From assembly GCA_965247115.1 (NCBI GenBank), contig CBDFGR010000002.1, forward strand, positions 1,376,001-1,440,000: a stretch of 64,000 bases of DNA, read 5' to 3'. Below are positions 45,141 through 55,249 of this stretch, piece by piece. This DNA comes from Myxococcota bacterium. GTDB lineage: Bacteria; Myxococcota_A; UBA9160; SZUA-336. The position numbers and the translations under genes are program-made. How positions within the stretch are numbered: position 1 is the stretch's first letter; the number at the start of each line of letters is the position of its first letter. The notes under the pieces were generated by a model. It was not told the origin of the DNA. It did not search any database and was given only the letters and a program-made list of their open reading frames with translations.

Positions 45141-45349
45141 CCAGATAGAGCCACTCTCCGGCGCGAGTCGTAGGGAGGCGAGAACACTCTGTTGTTTTCT
45201 ATGTCTGATCCCTTGATGTCGTTGGCTTCGAGAGCTTCTCCGGTAAGACCGAGCTCCGCGCCCTCCTCGTGGTAGCGACCGAGCAATACGTCTCTGAAGT
45301 AGATCGCCGAGATCTCGTCGTCCGCCTCGTCGAGTCCGATGACGGCTTC
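45137..45349 (-). pseudogene. Start-less fragment resembling an IS481-family transposase C-terminus
   Basis: Manual translation after an in-frame TGA: EAVIGLDEADDEISAIYFRDVLLGRYHEE..., resembling the VGLEExDDGxWxxYFxxxLLGR tail of IS481 transposases. Locally lower GC. Confidence 0.5.
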
Positions 45350-45381
45350 TCAGCGGGGGCCTACGTACCCGGTTCATACCC

Positions 45382-45410
45382 TTGACAGGAAATATAGAAA
45401 GCCCTATTCT
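45382..45410 (+). promoter_or_regulatory. sigma70 promoter upstream of the RAYT-like gene
   Basis: TTGACA-17 nt-TATTCT in an AT-rich patch. Confidence 0.65.
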
Positions 45411-45428
45411 ACACTAATTGGTGATGGC

Positions 45429-46118
45429 GTGACGAAGTCAAACAGGCAGCTCTCCCTTGATCTACGGCCGCCCGCGCGGCGTGGCGGTCGGCGCGAGGGG
45501 GCGGGGCGCAAGCCTGGGCCGAATCCGCTGGTTCGGCACCGAAGGCGGCAGAGTCTCGCGTCGAGGCATCCGTGCCACGTGACCCTGCGAGTACGCGAAG
45601 GCGCTCCGTCGTTACGGGCTCCGGCCTTCGTACGGGCGTTCGAGGAGACGCTGGCACGGGGTTGCGATCGGGGGGAGTTTCGGGTGGTGCACTACGCTCT
45701 CTTGAGGGACCACGCACACCTCATCGTCGAGGCGAAGGATCGCGGTGCGCTCGGTCGGGGGATGAAATCTCTCGGCAGGAGGATGGTATGGGCGATGCGG
45801 CGGGCGTTCGGGTGGCATGGGGGGTTGCTGGCGGATCGCTACCACATGCGGGTGCTGAAGACGCCGCGCGAGGTCCGGAATGCGATTCGGTACGTGCTGC
45901 TCAACGCGGCCCACCATCGCGGCGCTCCGCGCGAGACGCTGGATCCCGCCTCCTCGGCCCGCTGGTTTGGCGGCTGGAGAAGAGGAACAACGCGGCAAGA
46001 GGGTGGGGATGAAGTTCCGGTCGCTGCTGCGCAGACCTGGCTTCTCAGCAAGAGTTGGCGGCGCTACGGGTTGCTCGATCCGCTGGATGTGCCCGGAGGA
46101 GCGCGCGCCTCGCCCTAG
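45429..46118 (+). CDS. Y1 HUH transposase-like protein (RAYT/IS200 superfamily)
   Basis: PCHVTLR, FRVVHYALLRDHAHLIVEA (HUH), LLADRYH, VRNAIRYVLLN (candidate catalytic Tyr). Start GTG 45429 inferred. Confidence 0.8.
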   Translation: MTKSNRQLSLDLRPPARRGGRREGAGRKPGPNPLVRHRRRQSLASRHPCHVTLRVREGAPSLRAPAFVRAFEETLARGCDRGEFRVVHYALLRDHAHLIVEAKDRGALGRGMKSLGRRMVWAMRRAFGWHGGLLADRYHMRVLKTPREVRNAIRYVLLNAAHHRGAPRETLDPASSARWFGGWRRGTTRQEGGDEVPVAAAQTWLLSKSWRRYGLLDPLDVPGGARASP

Positions 46119-46156
46119 ACTCTAGGGAGCGATCGGCTGCAGACCGTGGGACTCGA

Positions 46157-47287
46157 CTAGGCAGTCACCAGGGAGGCGTAGAACTTTTCCAGCTTCTCCG
46201 CGTGACGCTGTACGGTGTGATGCTCGAGCACTTCCTGGCGGGCGGCATCGCCCAGAGCACGCCAGCGGGGCGGGTCTCGCCGTACGTCGCACATTGCCGC
46301 GGCGAGCTGGTCTGGGTCTTCGTCGACCAGGACGCCCGTGCGGCCGTCGCGAACGGTCTCCGACAGGATGCCGCGGCGACTCGAGATGACCGGGATCTGC
46401 ATCGACATGGCCTCCAGCACCGCGCGGGAGGAGCCGTCGGAGCCAGGCACGAGAAAGACGAGCGCATCGAGGAGCGAGAGCACGTCCCGATAGTCCTCTC
46501 CTCTGTAGCCCGCTCGTATGACCGCATCTTCGAGACCGAGCCGACGCACCGGCTCGTCCAGGACCTGAGCAGCGCGCGTTCCGCGCCCCACCACGAGGAG
46601 CCGCAGGCCTGATGCCAGGCGCCGCGCCCGGGCAAACGCCTCCAGCAACAGGTCAAAGCGCCGGTGCGGCTGGAGTCGCGCCACGACGCCAATCACGCAT
46701 TCCCCGGCCCGGAGTCCGAGCTCCAGGAAGAGGGCATGGGAGGGCGAGCGTCTCTGGTAGCGCCCGACGTCCACGCAGCCTGCGACCACCGCCACGCGCT
46801 CGGGCCCCCAGCCAAAGGAGTCCCGGGCGTCGCTCGCGAGCGCCGCGGAGAGCACGGTCAGCCCCGAGAGTACGCGGGGCCCAAAGCGCAGTCGGTTCCA
46901 GGGCCGATCCGAGATCGGCTCGCCCGCGTGCCAGCTGGCCACTCGCCGGCAGGCAAGACCGCGGGAGGCCAGCAGTGCGAGCAGTTGATCGCGCGTGTGG
47001 TGCGTGTGCACGACATCGTAGCTTCCGCGGCGGAGCACCTGACGCAGCTGCTGGACCTGCCCGCGATCGCGGAGCGGCAGGTAGCCCCTGGCCCTGTCCA
47101 GTACGTGCACCGGAGCGACGCCGCGCGCTCGCGCATGGCTCGCGAGCCCGCCAGCTTGGCCAGGGGGTAGCTCAGGAAACGCCACGTCGACCTGGTGTCC
47201 GCGCTCGCGCAGGCCGAGCACCGCGTTCAACATGGGTTCCGCCGGCCCGGTCCACTTCCAGTCCGCGGTCATGTGCAGGATCTTCAT
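46157..47287 (-). CDS. GT4 glycosyltransferase
   Basis: MKILH start, DVVHTH, GVVARL, VLEAMS..IPVISS...ETVRDGRTG. Confidence 0.9.
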   Translation of the reverse strand: MKILHMTADWKWTGPAEPMLNAVLGLRERGHQVDVAFPELPPGQAGGLASHARARGVAPVHVLDRARGYLPLRDRGQVQQLRQVLRRGSYDVVHTHHTRDQLLALLASRGLACRRVASWHAGEPISDRPWNRLRFGPRVLSGLTVLSAALASDARDSFGWGPERVAVVAGCVDVGRYQRRSPSHALFLELGLRAGECVIGVVARLQPHRRFDLLLEAFARARRLASGLRLLVVGRGTRAAQVLDEPVRRLGLEDAVIRAGYRGEDYRDVLSLLDALVFLVPGSDGSSRAVLEAMSMQIPVISSRRGILSETVRDGRTGVLVDEDPDQLAAAMCDVRRDPPRWRALGDAARQEVLEHHTVQRHAEKLEKFYASLVTA

Positions 47288-48057
47288 CGCCTGGATGCGC
47301 GTTCCAGCTCCCACAGCTTTGCGTACTTCATGAAGACGTAGTACGCGGTCGACACCGAGACGAGAAAGCCGGGCAGGCCCTTCTGGAAGCCGCGTCGCAG
47401 CAGGTAGCCCTTGAAGAAGCGGCCAAGCGGCCGCAGCAGCAAGTCGAAGAGGCGGAAGCGCAGGCCCTCGTCGTACATCTCGCGTGCGACCCGTCCGCTG
47501 AAGCGGTCGATCGTATCGAGATGATCGGAGAGGTCCCTGTAGTTGTAGTGGCGGAGCTGTCCCGAGAGCGGACGAACGGCGCCTACGATCTCGACCCGAT
47601 CATGCGGATCTCGACCCGTCCAGTGACCACGCGAACGCTGAAACACGCGCAGCTGCCAGTCGCCCGACCACTCGCCGCGATCGTGCCACACGCCGAGGAA
47701 GCGGGTGATGCGCTCCAGTCGATAGCCGGCCACGCTCCCGTCATTCTGCGCGACGGCAGCCTGGAGACTCCTCGAGGCCTCCGGTGACAGCTCTTCGTCC
47801 GCGTCGAGACAAACAACCCAGTCGTGTGTAGCCTGTTCCAGGGCGAAGTTCTTCTGTTTGACGTAACCGAGGAACTCCTGCTCGATCACGCGATCGGTGT
47901 AGCGGGCGCAGAGCTCGCGCGTGCGGTCCGTTGAGCCCGAGTCCACTGCCACGATCTCGTCGCAGAACGAGAGCGACTCCATGCAGCGCTCGATCGTGTC
48001 CTCTTCGTTGACACAAATCACCACGCCGCTCAGCGGGGGTCGACTCGTGCCCGTCAA
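47284..48057 (-). CDS. GT2 glycosyltransferase (LPS core, KdtX/LgtF-like)
   Basis: NEEDTIERC, VDSGSTDRT, QKNFA, LDADE, KYAKLWE. TTG start overlaps the rel stop. Confidence 0.9.
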   Translation of the reverse strand: MTGTSRPPLSGVVICVNEEDTIERCMESLSFCDEIVAVDSGSTDRTRELCARYTDRVIEQEFLGYVKQKNFALEQATHDWVVCLDADEELSPEASRSLQAAVAQNDGSVAGYRLERITRFLGVWHDRGEWSGDWQLRVFQRSRGHWTGRDPHDRVEIVGAVRPLSGQLRHYNYRDLSDHLDTIDRFSGRVAREMYDEGLRFRLFDLLLRPLGRFFKGYLLRRGFQKGLPGFLVSVSTAYYVFMKYAKLWELERASRR

Positions 48058-50186
48058 GCACGTACCCGTTCGACGGACAGCACGCCGCGGATCTTGGTCA
48101 GCTGCTTGATGACCGAGTCGAGCTCGCGGCGATTCTTGACGGACAGCTGGAAGGTCTGAACTGCTCGGTTGTTGCCGCTCGTCGTGATCTGCCCAGCGTC
48201 GATGTTGACGCCCTGGTCGCTGATCTTGTTCGATACCGCGGCGAGCAGCCCCGGGCGATCCTCCGAGACGACCCGCACCTTGACGCTTCGAACGGTGTCG
48301 TGCTCTTCCTCCCAGTCCACGGGCACGCGGCGCTCCGGGTCGAGGTGGAAGATCTTCGGACAGTTCCTGGCGTGCACCGTGACGCCCCGGCCCCGCGTGA
48401 TGAAACCCTCGACCGGGTCTCCCGGCAGGGGCGAGCAGCACTTTCCGAAGCGCACCAGTACCTGATCCATCCCTCCGACCTTGACATCCGCCGGGCCCCG
48501 GCTCGGTCGGAACACCCGCTGCAGCAGGTTCGGCTTGGCCGCGTCCTCGTCGCCGCCGAGCTTCCGCGCCACCTGACGGCCGTGCATCCGCCCGTACGCC
48601 ACTGCCTGGAGCAGCGCGTCGACGTCCTTGTACGAGAGCTCCTTGGCGACCCTGGAGAGCTCGCCCGCCTTCTGCAGCGCGTCGTAGCTCAGACGACGCC
48701 GCTGCAGCTCTCGCTGCAGGATCTCCCGTCCCAGCACCCGCGCATCCGCTACCTGCTCGGTCCGCAGCACGTGACGGATCCGGTTGCGAGCACGCCCCGT
48801 CACCACGTTGTCGAGCCATTCCTGGCGAGGCTTCTGATGCGGCGAGGTGATGATCTCGACTGTGTCGCCGGTCGTAAGCCGGTGAGTCAGGCGGACGAGC
48901 TGGCCGTTCACCTTCACGCCGGCGCAGTGGTGGCCCACCTCCGTGTGGACCGCGTAGGCAAAGTCGATTGGCGAGGCGCCCGCCGGCAGCGCGACGACGT
49001 CTCCCTGCGGCGTGAACACGTAGACCTCGTCGGCGAACAGGTCGACACGTACGGTCTCGAGAAACTCGTTCGGGTCGCTGAGGTTCTGTTGCCACTCCAG
49101 AAGCTGCCGCAGCCAGGCGAACTGTTTTTCATCGGATGACCGGGTCGAGCCGTCACCCTTGTACTTCCAGTGGGCGGCGATCCCGAGCTCCGCCACCCGG
49201 TGCATCTCTTGCGTCCGGATCTGCACCTCGACCCGCTCGCCGAAGGGTCCGATCACAGCAGTGTGTAGTGACTGGTAGCCGTTGGGCTTTGGCATTGCTA
49301 CGTAGTCCTTGAAGCGACCCGGAACAGGACGCCACAGGCTGTGGACGATCCCCAGAGTCTCGTAGCATGTCGCGGTAGTTCCATCGACGATGATGCGGAA
49401 GGCAATCAGATCGTAGACTTCGTCCATCGACAGATCCTGCTCGCGCATCTTCTTGTAGAGGCTGTACACCTCCTTCAAGCGACCCGTCACTTCTACCGAG
49501 AGGCCTGATTCACTCAAGACTCCGGAGAGACGCGCTCCGACGTCCTTGATGTAGCGCTCCCGCTCCGGTTGATTGCCCTGAATCAGCTCGTCTATCGACT
49601 TGAAGACCTCGGGGTAGACCTCCTGAAAGGCGCGCTGCTCGAGCTCCTCCTTCATCCAGTAGATCCCAAGGCGGTGCGCGAGGGGTGCATAGATGTCGAG
49701 GGTCTCGCGCGAGATGCGCCGACGCGCGTCCTCGTCCATGTACTCGAGCGTCCGCATGTTGTGCAGGCGATCGGCGAGCTTGATCAGGATGATGCGGATG
49801 TCCTTCGCCATCGCGAGCAGCATCTTTCGGAAGTTCTCCGCCTGTCGCTCCTCGCGGCTCTGAAACTCGACCTTGGACAGCTTCGTCAGACCGACCACGA
49901 GATCTGCGATCTCGTCGCCGAACTCCTCCCGGATCTCCTCCTCGGTCGCGAAGGTGTCCTCGATCGTGTCGTGAAGCAGGCCGGCGGCGACGGTCACCGG
50001 ATCGAGGCGCATGTCGGCCAGGAGGCCAGCGACAGCGAGCGGGTGCGTGAGGTAGGGCTCTCCAGAGAGCCGCATCTGGCCCTGGTGGACCCGCGCCGAG
50101 TACACGTACGCCCGATGCAGAACGCCCAGATCCGCGCTGGGGAGGTTCTGCTCGACCTGATCTACGATCTCGTTGATTCGCGCCAT
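48054..50186 (-). CDS. rel: Bifunctional (p)ppGpp synthetase/hydrolase (RelA/SpoT homolog)
   Basis: HD motif LLHDTIED, KLADRLHNMRT, RFKD, NGYQSLHT, TGS and ACT domains. Confidence 0.97.
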   Translation of the reverse strand: MARINEIVDQVEQNLPSADLGVLHRAYVYSARVHQGQMRLSGEPYLTHPLAVAGLLADMRLDPVTVAAGLLHDTIEDTFATEEEIREEFGDEIADLVVGLTKLSKVEFQSREERQAENFRKMLLAMAKDIRIILIKLADRLHNMRTLEYMDEDARRRISRETLDIYAPLAHRLGIYWMKEELEQRAFQEVYPEVFKSIDELIQGNQPERERYIKDVGARLSGVLSESGLSVEVTGRLKEVYSLYKKMREQDLSMDEVYDLIAFRIIVDGTTATCYETLGIVHSLWRPVPGRFKDYVAMPKPNGYQSLHTAVIGPFGERVEVQIRTQEMHRVAELGIAAHWKYKGDGSTRSSDEKQFAWLRQLLEWQQNLSDPNEFLETVRVDLFADEVYVFTPQGDVVALPAGASPIDFAYAVHTEVGHHCAGVKVNGQLVRLTHRLTTGDTVEIITSPHQKPRQEWLDNVVTGRARNRIRHVLRTEQVADARVLGREILQRELQRRRLSYDALQKAGELSRVAKELSYKDVDALLQAVAYGRMHGRQVARKLGGDEDAAKPNLLQRVFRPSRGPADVKVGGMDQVLVRFGKCCSPLPGDPVEGFITRGRGVTVHARNCPKIFHLDPERRVPVDWEEEHDTVRSVKVRVVSEDRPGLLAAVSNKISDQGVNIDAGQITTSGNNRAVQTFQLSVKNRRELDSVIKQLTKIRGVLSVERVRA

Positions 50187-50198
50187 TCGCGAGTCCGC

Positions 50199-50819
50199 TC
50201 AGTCGAAGCCGAAGCGCCTGCGTTGGGAGTCGACGACCCGCTGTCGCCGGACCCTGGAAGCCCCGACCACGTGACTGAGATCGTTCACAGCCACGTCGAT
50301 CTCGTCATTCACGATCAGGTAATCGTAAGAGCCGGCGTCCTCGAATACGAGCCGGATCTCGTCTCGGGCGCGCTCCAGGCGCTTGCAGACCACATCCTCG
50401 GGCTCCGTGCCCCGACCGCGCAAGCGTCGCTCGAGAACATCCATGGAGGGAGGGATGATGAACACGAATACGGCGTCATCCAGGCACTGACGCAGCTGGG
50501 CGGCGCCCTGGACTTCGACCTCGAGAATGACATCCCTCCCCTCTGCGGTCGGCGTCTCCACGGCCTCGCGACTCGTCCCGTAGAGGTGACCTCCATATTC
50601 CGCGGACTCGAGAAAGGCGCCCTCTTCTATCAGTGCGCGGAAGCGGGACTGGTCCACGAACCGGTAGTCGCGTCCGTCGACCTCGCCCCTGCGCGGCTTC
50701 CGAGTCGTATGGGATACGGAGAAGCAAGCCCTCGGGTCTGTTGCCAGCAGGCGGCGCAGCAGCGTGGTCTTGCCGGAGCCGGAGGGACCGGAGACCACGA
50801 AGGTCACACCCCGAGCCAT
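50199..50819 (-). CDS. gmk: Guanylate kinase
   Basis: SGPSGSGKTT, SHTTRKPRRGEVDGRDY, YGTS, PPS..LERRL. Confidence 0.97.
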   Translation of the reverse strand: MARGVTFVVSGPSGSGKTTLLRRLLATDPRACFSVSHTTRKPRRGEVDGRDYRFVDQSRFRALIEEGAFLESAEYGGHLYGTSREAVETPTAEGRDVILEVEVQGAAQLRQCLDDAVFVFIIPPSMDVLERRLRGRGTEPEDVVCKRLERARDEIRLVFEDAGSYDYLIVNDEIDVAVNDLSHVVGASRVRRQRVVDSQRRRFGFD

Positions 50820-50824
50820 CCCAC

Positions 50825-51079
50825 TCACGCTTCCTCTCCCGCTGCAGCTTCACCCAGGCGTTGAGCGATCGTGTCCGTCTGGACCGCGGAGAGCACGACG
50901 TGGTCCGAGTCCGTCACGATCACGGATCGCGTCTTGCGGCCCTGCGTCGCGTCCACGAGCTTGCCCCGCTCGCGCGCCTCTTCGCGCAGTCTGCGGATGG
51001 GCGCAGCGCCGGGACCGACCACCGCCACTACCCGATGCGCGGCCACGACGTTTCCGTATCCGACGTTGAGAAGCCTCAT
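50825..51079 (-). CDS. remA: RemA/DUF370 family protein
   Basis: [31 protein letters not shown]; sits between yicC and gmk. Confidence 0.92.
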   Translation of the reverse strand: MRLLNVGYGNVVAAHRVVAVVGPGAAPIRRLREEARERGKLVDATQGRKTRSVIVTDSDHVVLSAVQTDTIAQRLGEAAAGEEA

Positions 51080-51981
51080 TCGACGTTCAACACCTGCTCG
51101 CGCAGCTTCTCCAGCTCAGACTTGAGCTCGACGACGATCCGCGTGATGGGCGCATCGGCCGCTTTCGACCCGATCGTGTTCGTCTCGCGACCGAGCTCCT
51201 GCAGCAAGAACTCGAGCTTCCGTCCGTGCGGTCCGGCCGCGGCGAGAATCTCGCCGAGCTGCTCACAGTGACTGCGCGCACGCACGAGCTCCTCGGTGAT
51301 GTCCATGCGATCCACGTACAGCAAGAGCTCTTGCTCGAGTCGCCCTGGGTCAATCTCGACGTTGGGCCCAAGGCTCGAGAGCCGCTTCTCGAGGCGTTCG
51401 CGTGTGCGCTCCCCTGTCTTCTGACCGCGCGCCTCTATCGAGGCGATCTGATCCTGTACCCGAGCCAGACGCTCGCGCAGCTCACGCTCTAGCGTGGCTC
51501 CCTCCCGCGCGCGCATCGCCGCGGCCTCGCGTCCCGCGGCCTCGATCGCCTCGAACACTGCGGAGCCCGCTTCCTCCGGATCGAGCTCCGGATCGCGCAA
51601 GCGCGCTACGCCGGGCAGCGCCAGCAGTGCAGAAACTGGAATCCCGTCCTCAATCGCCAGCCGCTCGCGCAGCCGAGACGCCGCCTCCGCGTACTGCCGC
51701 GCCGCCTCGAAATCGACCTCGACGCGCGGCCCGAGCTCGCCCTCTCGCGAGAGTCGAACCGAGACGTCGACCTGACCGCGCCGGAAGAAGCGCGCCGCTA
51801 TCGACCGAGCCTCGGCTTCGAGGCTCCCGAGCTCTCGCGGCAAGCGGACCCGTACGTCCAGATGTCGGGAGTTCAGGCAGCGAATCTCTACCTGAATGAC
51901 GGCCTTGCCCGCGTGGGCCTCGCCGCCACCGAAGCCCGTCATCGAGGCCAGACTGCCTCGCGTGCCCGCTGCCTCGCTCAA
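51076..51981 (-). CDS. yicC: YicC/YloC family endoribonuclease
   Basis: [49 protein letters not shown]. Start TTG 51981 or ATG 51942. Confidence 0.93.
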   Translation of the reverse strand: MSEAAGTRGSLASMTGFGGGEAHAGKAVIQVEIRCLNSRHLDVRVRLPRELGSLEAEARSIAARFFRRGQVDVSVRLSREGELGPRVEVDFEAARQYAEAASRLRERLAIEDGIPVSALLALPGVARLRDPELDPEEAGSAVFEAIEAAGREAAAMRAREGATLERELRERLARVQDQIASIEARGQKTGERTRERLEKRLSSLGPNVEIDPGRLEQELLLYVDRMDITEELVRARSHCEQLGEILAAAGPHGRKLEFLLQELGRETNTIGSKAADAPITRIVVELKSELEKLREQVLNVE

Positions 51982-52973
51982 GCACTCGCTCCGATCGCGT
52001 CCAAAAGCTCCGCAGGGGTGCTCGTGGCGGTTCCAGGAACCTGCACGACTACGCCCGCCGCAGCGTTCGCGAGCTCCGCCGACTCCCGCCAGGTTGCGTC
52101 GGAGAGCCGCGCCAGCGCGAGGGCTGCTATGGCAGTGTCGCCGGCGCCGGCCACGTCGGACACCTGGCGGAGCTGCGTCGGGACGTGACACATTTCGCTG
52201 TCAGCCCCGAACAGGGTCATGCCCCCGCCGCCACGCGTCACCGCGACCGTTGCTCCATCCATGAGCAGGAGCAGCTGCTTCCCGATTCGCGCGAGATCAT
52301 CGTCTGCGCGAACACGGATCCGGGTCAGCTGCTCTGCCTCGCGGAGGTTCGGCTTGATCAGCTCGGCCCTGCGATAGATCTCCCAGGGCGGCTCCTTCGG
52401 GTCGACGAAGACGCGCACACCGCGCTCCTCGAGAATCGCCATGGCTTCCATTACCACCTCCGGGGTGAGCAGGCCCTTTCCGTAGTTCTGGATGATCGCT
52501 CCGTCAGCCCGGCTCCCGCTCGCGCGCAGGCTGTCGAGCAGGCGCTCGACCAGACCGTCGCCGATCGGGTCCTCGCTCTCGCGGTCGTAGCGAACGACTT
52601 GCTGTCCGCGCGAGATCACCCGGGTCTTGAGCGTGGTGGGTCGGCCGGGCTCTCGGAGCAATACGCCCGTGTCGATCTTCCAGTGTTCGAAGAGTCCCTC
52701 GAGCTCGGCGGCCGTCTCGTCGTCACCTACGAGCCCCAATACCTCGACCTGGGCACCGAGGCTTGCCAGGTTGCGCGCAACATTCCCGGCGCCGCCAAGC
52801 ATGATCGACTCCCGCTCCACTCGCACGACTGGGACCGGTGCCTCGGGCGAGATCCGGTCGGTGTTCCCCCACACGTAGCGGTCGAGGATCAGGTCTCCCA
52901 ACACCAAGACCCGGTGCGCGGGGAAGCGCTGGATCAGCTCGGACGCACGCTCCCGCGCGATCATTCCCTTCAT
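51978..52973 (-). CDS. rfaE1: D-glycero-D-manno-heptose-7-phosphate kinase (HldE/RfaE domain I)
   Basis: RISPEAPVPVV, GGAGNVA, DPK, KPN..EA, DVAGAGDT. Confidence 0.93.
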   Translation of the reverse strand: MKGMIARERASELIQRFPAHRVLVLGDLILDRYVWGNTDRISPEAPVPVVRVERESIMLGGAGNVARNLASLGAQVEVLGLVGDDETAAELEGLFEHWKIDTGVLLREPGRPTTLKTRVISRGQQVVRYDRESEDPIGDGLVERLLDSLRASGSRADGAIIQNYGKGLLTPEVVMEAMAILEERGVRVFVDPKEPPWEIYRRAELIKPNLREAEQLTRIRVRADDDLARIGKQLLLLMDGATVAVTRGGGGMTLFGADSEMCHVPTQLRQVSDVAGAGDTAIAALALARLSDATWRESAELANAAAGVVVQVPGTATSTPAELLDAIGASA

Positions 52974-52989
52974 CCCTTCTCGATCAAGT

Positions 52990-54069
52990 TTACGCCAACG
53001 AGCCCTCGAGGTCCGGCGTCAGGAGCTCGAGCGCGGCCTCCACCACATCAGGAATGCTCACCGCCGCCATACAAGTCTGGACGGGGCAGCCCTCGCGACA
53101 CGGATTGCAGCCCACGTCTCGCCGCAGCACACGCTGGGGAGAGCTCGGGAGCGGGGCGTTTTCGACGGGATCCGTTGGCCCAAAGATCGCCACCAGCGGG
53201 AGACCCGCCAGCGAGGCCAGGTGCATGGGACCCGAGTCGCTCCCGATGAAGAGACGCGCGGCCTGCATCAGCACGAGCAGCTCCCCGACCGAGCGCGTCT
53301 CGGCCGCGAGATGCGCCGCGCCGTCCGCGCCGGCTACGACGGCCTCGGCGGCCTCGAGCTCACCCGCGACGGGGCCCCAGGACACGAGCGAGTGGATTCC
53401 GACGCGATCCCTGAGCTCGCGAGCCACCGCCGCATACCTCTCAGGTGGCCAGCGCTTGTAGAGCGTGGTCGAGCTTGTTCCCGGGTGCATGAGCAGCAGC
53501 TCGCGCGGCAGCAGGGAGAGCTCCGGGCGCGCGAGCTCCGACAGCTCTAACCGGGGCACGGCCGTCGAGGGCGTCCCGCCGAGGAAGCGTACCAGCGCGG
53601 CGTTCCGCTCGAAGCGCGAGAGGTGTCCCGGCCGGATCCTGGCCCTGTGGGTCAGCAAGCAGCTGCTGCCCTCTCGCGCCAGTGGGGCGGCGTATCCGAC
53701 GCGGAGTGGAATTCCGCTCGCACGAGCCAGCAGCGCGCTCTTCAAGATGCAGTGGAAGTCCAAAGAGAGATCGTAGCGGCTGGCGCGCAGCTGCCGGACG
53801 AGAGCGACGATGCCTCGCCAGGTGGCCCCAGGCCTTGCGAAGCGCAGCTGGCGCCGCGGAATCGTCACGATCCCGTCCAGCTCCGCGACCCCGTCGAGTC
53901 CCGGCCTGGCATGGTCCTCGACGAGCCAGTCGATGCGCGCGCTTGGGTAGAGCTCCCGAACGGCTGCAAAGGCGAAGCGCGTGCGCACGACATCCCCGAG
54001 CGCTCCGAGCCGGATGACCAGGATCCGCTCCGCCGGAAGCGGCGCCACGAGGGGATTCAACACGCGCAC
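52990..54069 (-). CDS. GT9 (heptosyltransferase family) glycosyltransferase
   Basis: RLGALGDVV, HPG....KRWP, GSDSGPMHLAS, IFGPTDP. Start uncertain (54063-54150). Confidence 0.9.
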   Translation of the reverse strand: MRVLNPLVAPLPAERILVIRLGALGDVVRTRFAFAAVRELYPSARIDWLVEDHARPGLDGVAELDGIVTIPRRQLRFARPGATWRGIVALVRQLRASRYDLSLDFHCILKSALLARASGIPLRVGYAAPLAREGSSCLLTHRARIRPGHLSRFERNAALVRFLGGTPSTAVPRLELSELARPELSLLPRELLLMHPGTSSTTLYKRWPPERYAAVARELRDRVGIHSLVSWGPVAGELEAAEAVVAGADGAAHLAAETRSVGELLVLMQAARLFIGSDSGPMHLASLAGLPLVAIFGPTDPVENAPLPSSPQRVLRRDVGCNPCREGCPVQTCMAAVSIPDVVEAALELLTPDLEGSLA

Positions 54070-54136
54070 GGCGCCAGACGCGACCGGGTCGTCGCTGCTG
54101 ACGGCTGCTTCACGGGTCGGTAGCATCTGCGCCTCC

Positions 54137-55249
54137 ATGGTCGCCCCCACCCTGATCTGGCGCTACATCCTGCGCGAGATCTTCCTTCACACCTGCCTCG
54201 GGCTGATCATCTTCACGCTGGTGCTCGTGGCCTCCAACACGCTCCGCATCCTGGAGCAGCTGCTCACGGCCGGGATCGCACTCGGTGATCTGGCGCGCGT
54301 TGTCGCACTGATCCTGCCGAGCTACATGGCCTACGCGATCCCGACCTCGCTCCTCTTCGGCGTCCTGATCACCTTCGGCAGGCTGTCCGCAGATGCCGAG
54401 ATCGTCGCGATCCGCGCGTCGGGAGTGAGCGTGGTGCGCCTGCTTCCACCGGTCCTGCTGCTCGGCGCCGTCGCCTCACTCATCACCGGCTACTTGCTCT
54501 TCGACCTGGAGCCCCGCAGTCGCATCGCGATGAAACAGCTCGTGCGGAAGATGGCCTCGTCTGTCCGCCTGGTCGAGCCGGGCAGATTTCGCGACCTGGG
54601 AAGTCACGTGCTCTACGTTCACGAGCAGGGTGACGGGACGTGTCCACTGCGCGGCCTCCTGATCGGCGACTTCAGTGACGAGAACCGCCGCACCTACATC
54701 TCCGCTTCCTGCGGCAGCATCGAGAGCCGCGAGGAAGAGGATGGCATTGCGCTCAAGCTGTCGGACGGGTCGATCCACTTCTCTGACGCCTCGCCCGGTC
54801 GCTATCGGCGGATCCGCTTTGGCACGATGGAGGCCACCCTCGACGTATCGGCATATCTGGATCTACGGAAGAAGGCACGGGACTTCACGCTCGCCGAGCT
54901 GCTCACGCTCGATGCCCAGCTTGCGCGTGGGGAGTCCCCAGACTTTCGGGGCGGAACTCGCGAGGTCGTGCTGACGCAGATCCATCGCCGCCTGGCCTTT
55001 CCTCTCGCCTCGATCCTGCTCGCGATCGTCTCCGTACCGCTCGGAATCCGGCCGCTGCGCTCGGGAAAATCCGCTGGAGCGCTGACCGCGATCGGGCTGA
55101 TGGGGCTCTACTGGCTTCTCTTTACGGCGGGCGAGATCGCCGGTGAAGAGGCCGTCGTGCCAGCCTGGCTCGGCGTGTGGACACCGAACCTGCTGGTCGC
55201 CAGCCTCGGCGCTCTCCTCCTGCACAGGACGGCTCGAGCGGCTGCGTGA
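54137..55249 (+). CDS. lptF: LptF/LptG family LPS export permease (LptF-like)
   Basis: RYILRE, FGRLSADAEIVAIRASGVS, EPGRF, HRRLAFP, WTPN. Confidence 0.85.
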   Translation: MVAPTLIWRYILREIFLHTCLGLIIFTLVLVASNTLRILEQLLTAGIALGDLARVVALILPSYMAYAIPTSLLFGVLITFGRLSADAEIVAIRASGVSVVRLLPPVLLLGAVASLITGYLLFDLEPRSRIAMKQLVRKMASSVRLVEPGRFRDLGSHVLYVHEQGDGTCPLRGLLIGDFSDENRRTYISASCGSIESREEEDGIALKLSDGSIHFSDASPGRYRRIRFGTMEATLDVSAYLDLRKKARDFTLAELLTLDAQLARGESPDFRGGTREVVLTQIHRRLAFPLASILLAIVSVPLGIRPLRSGKSAGALTAIGLMGLYWLLFTAGEIAGEEAVVPAWLGVWTPNLLVASLGALLLHRTARAAA

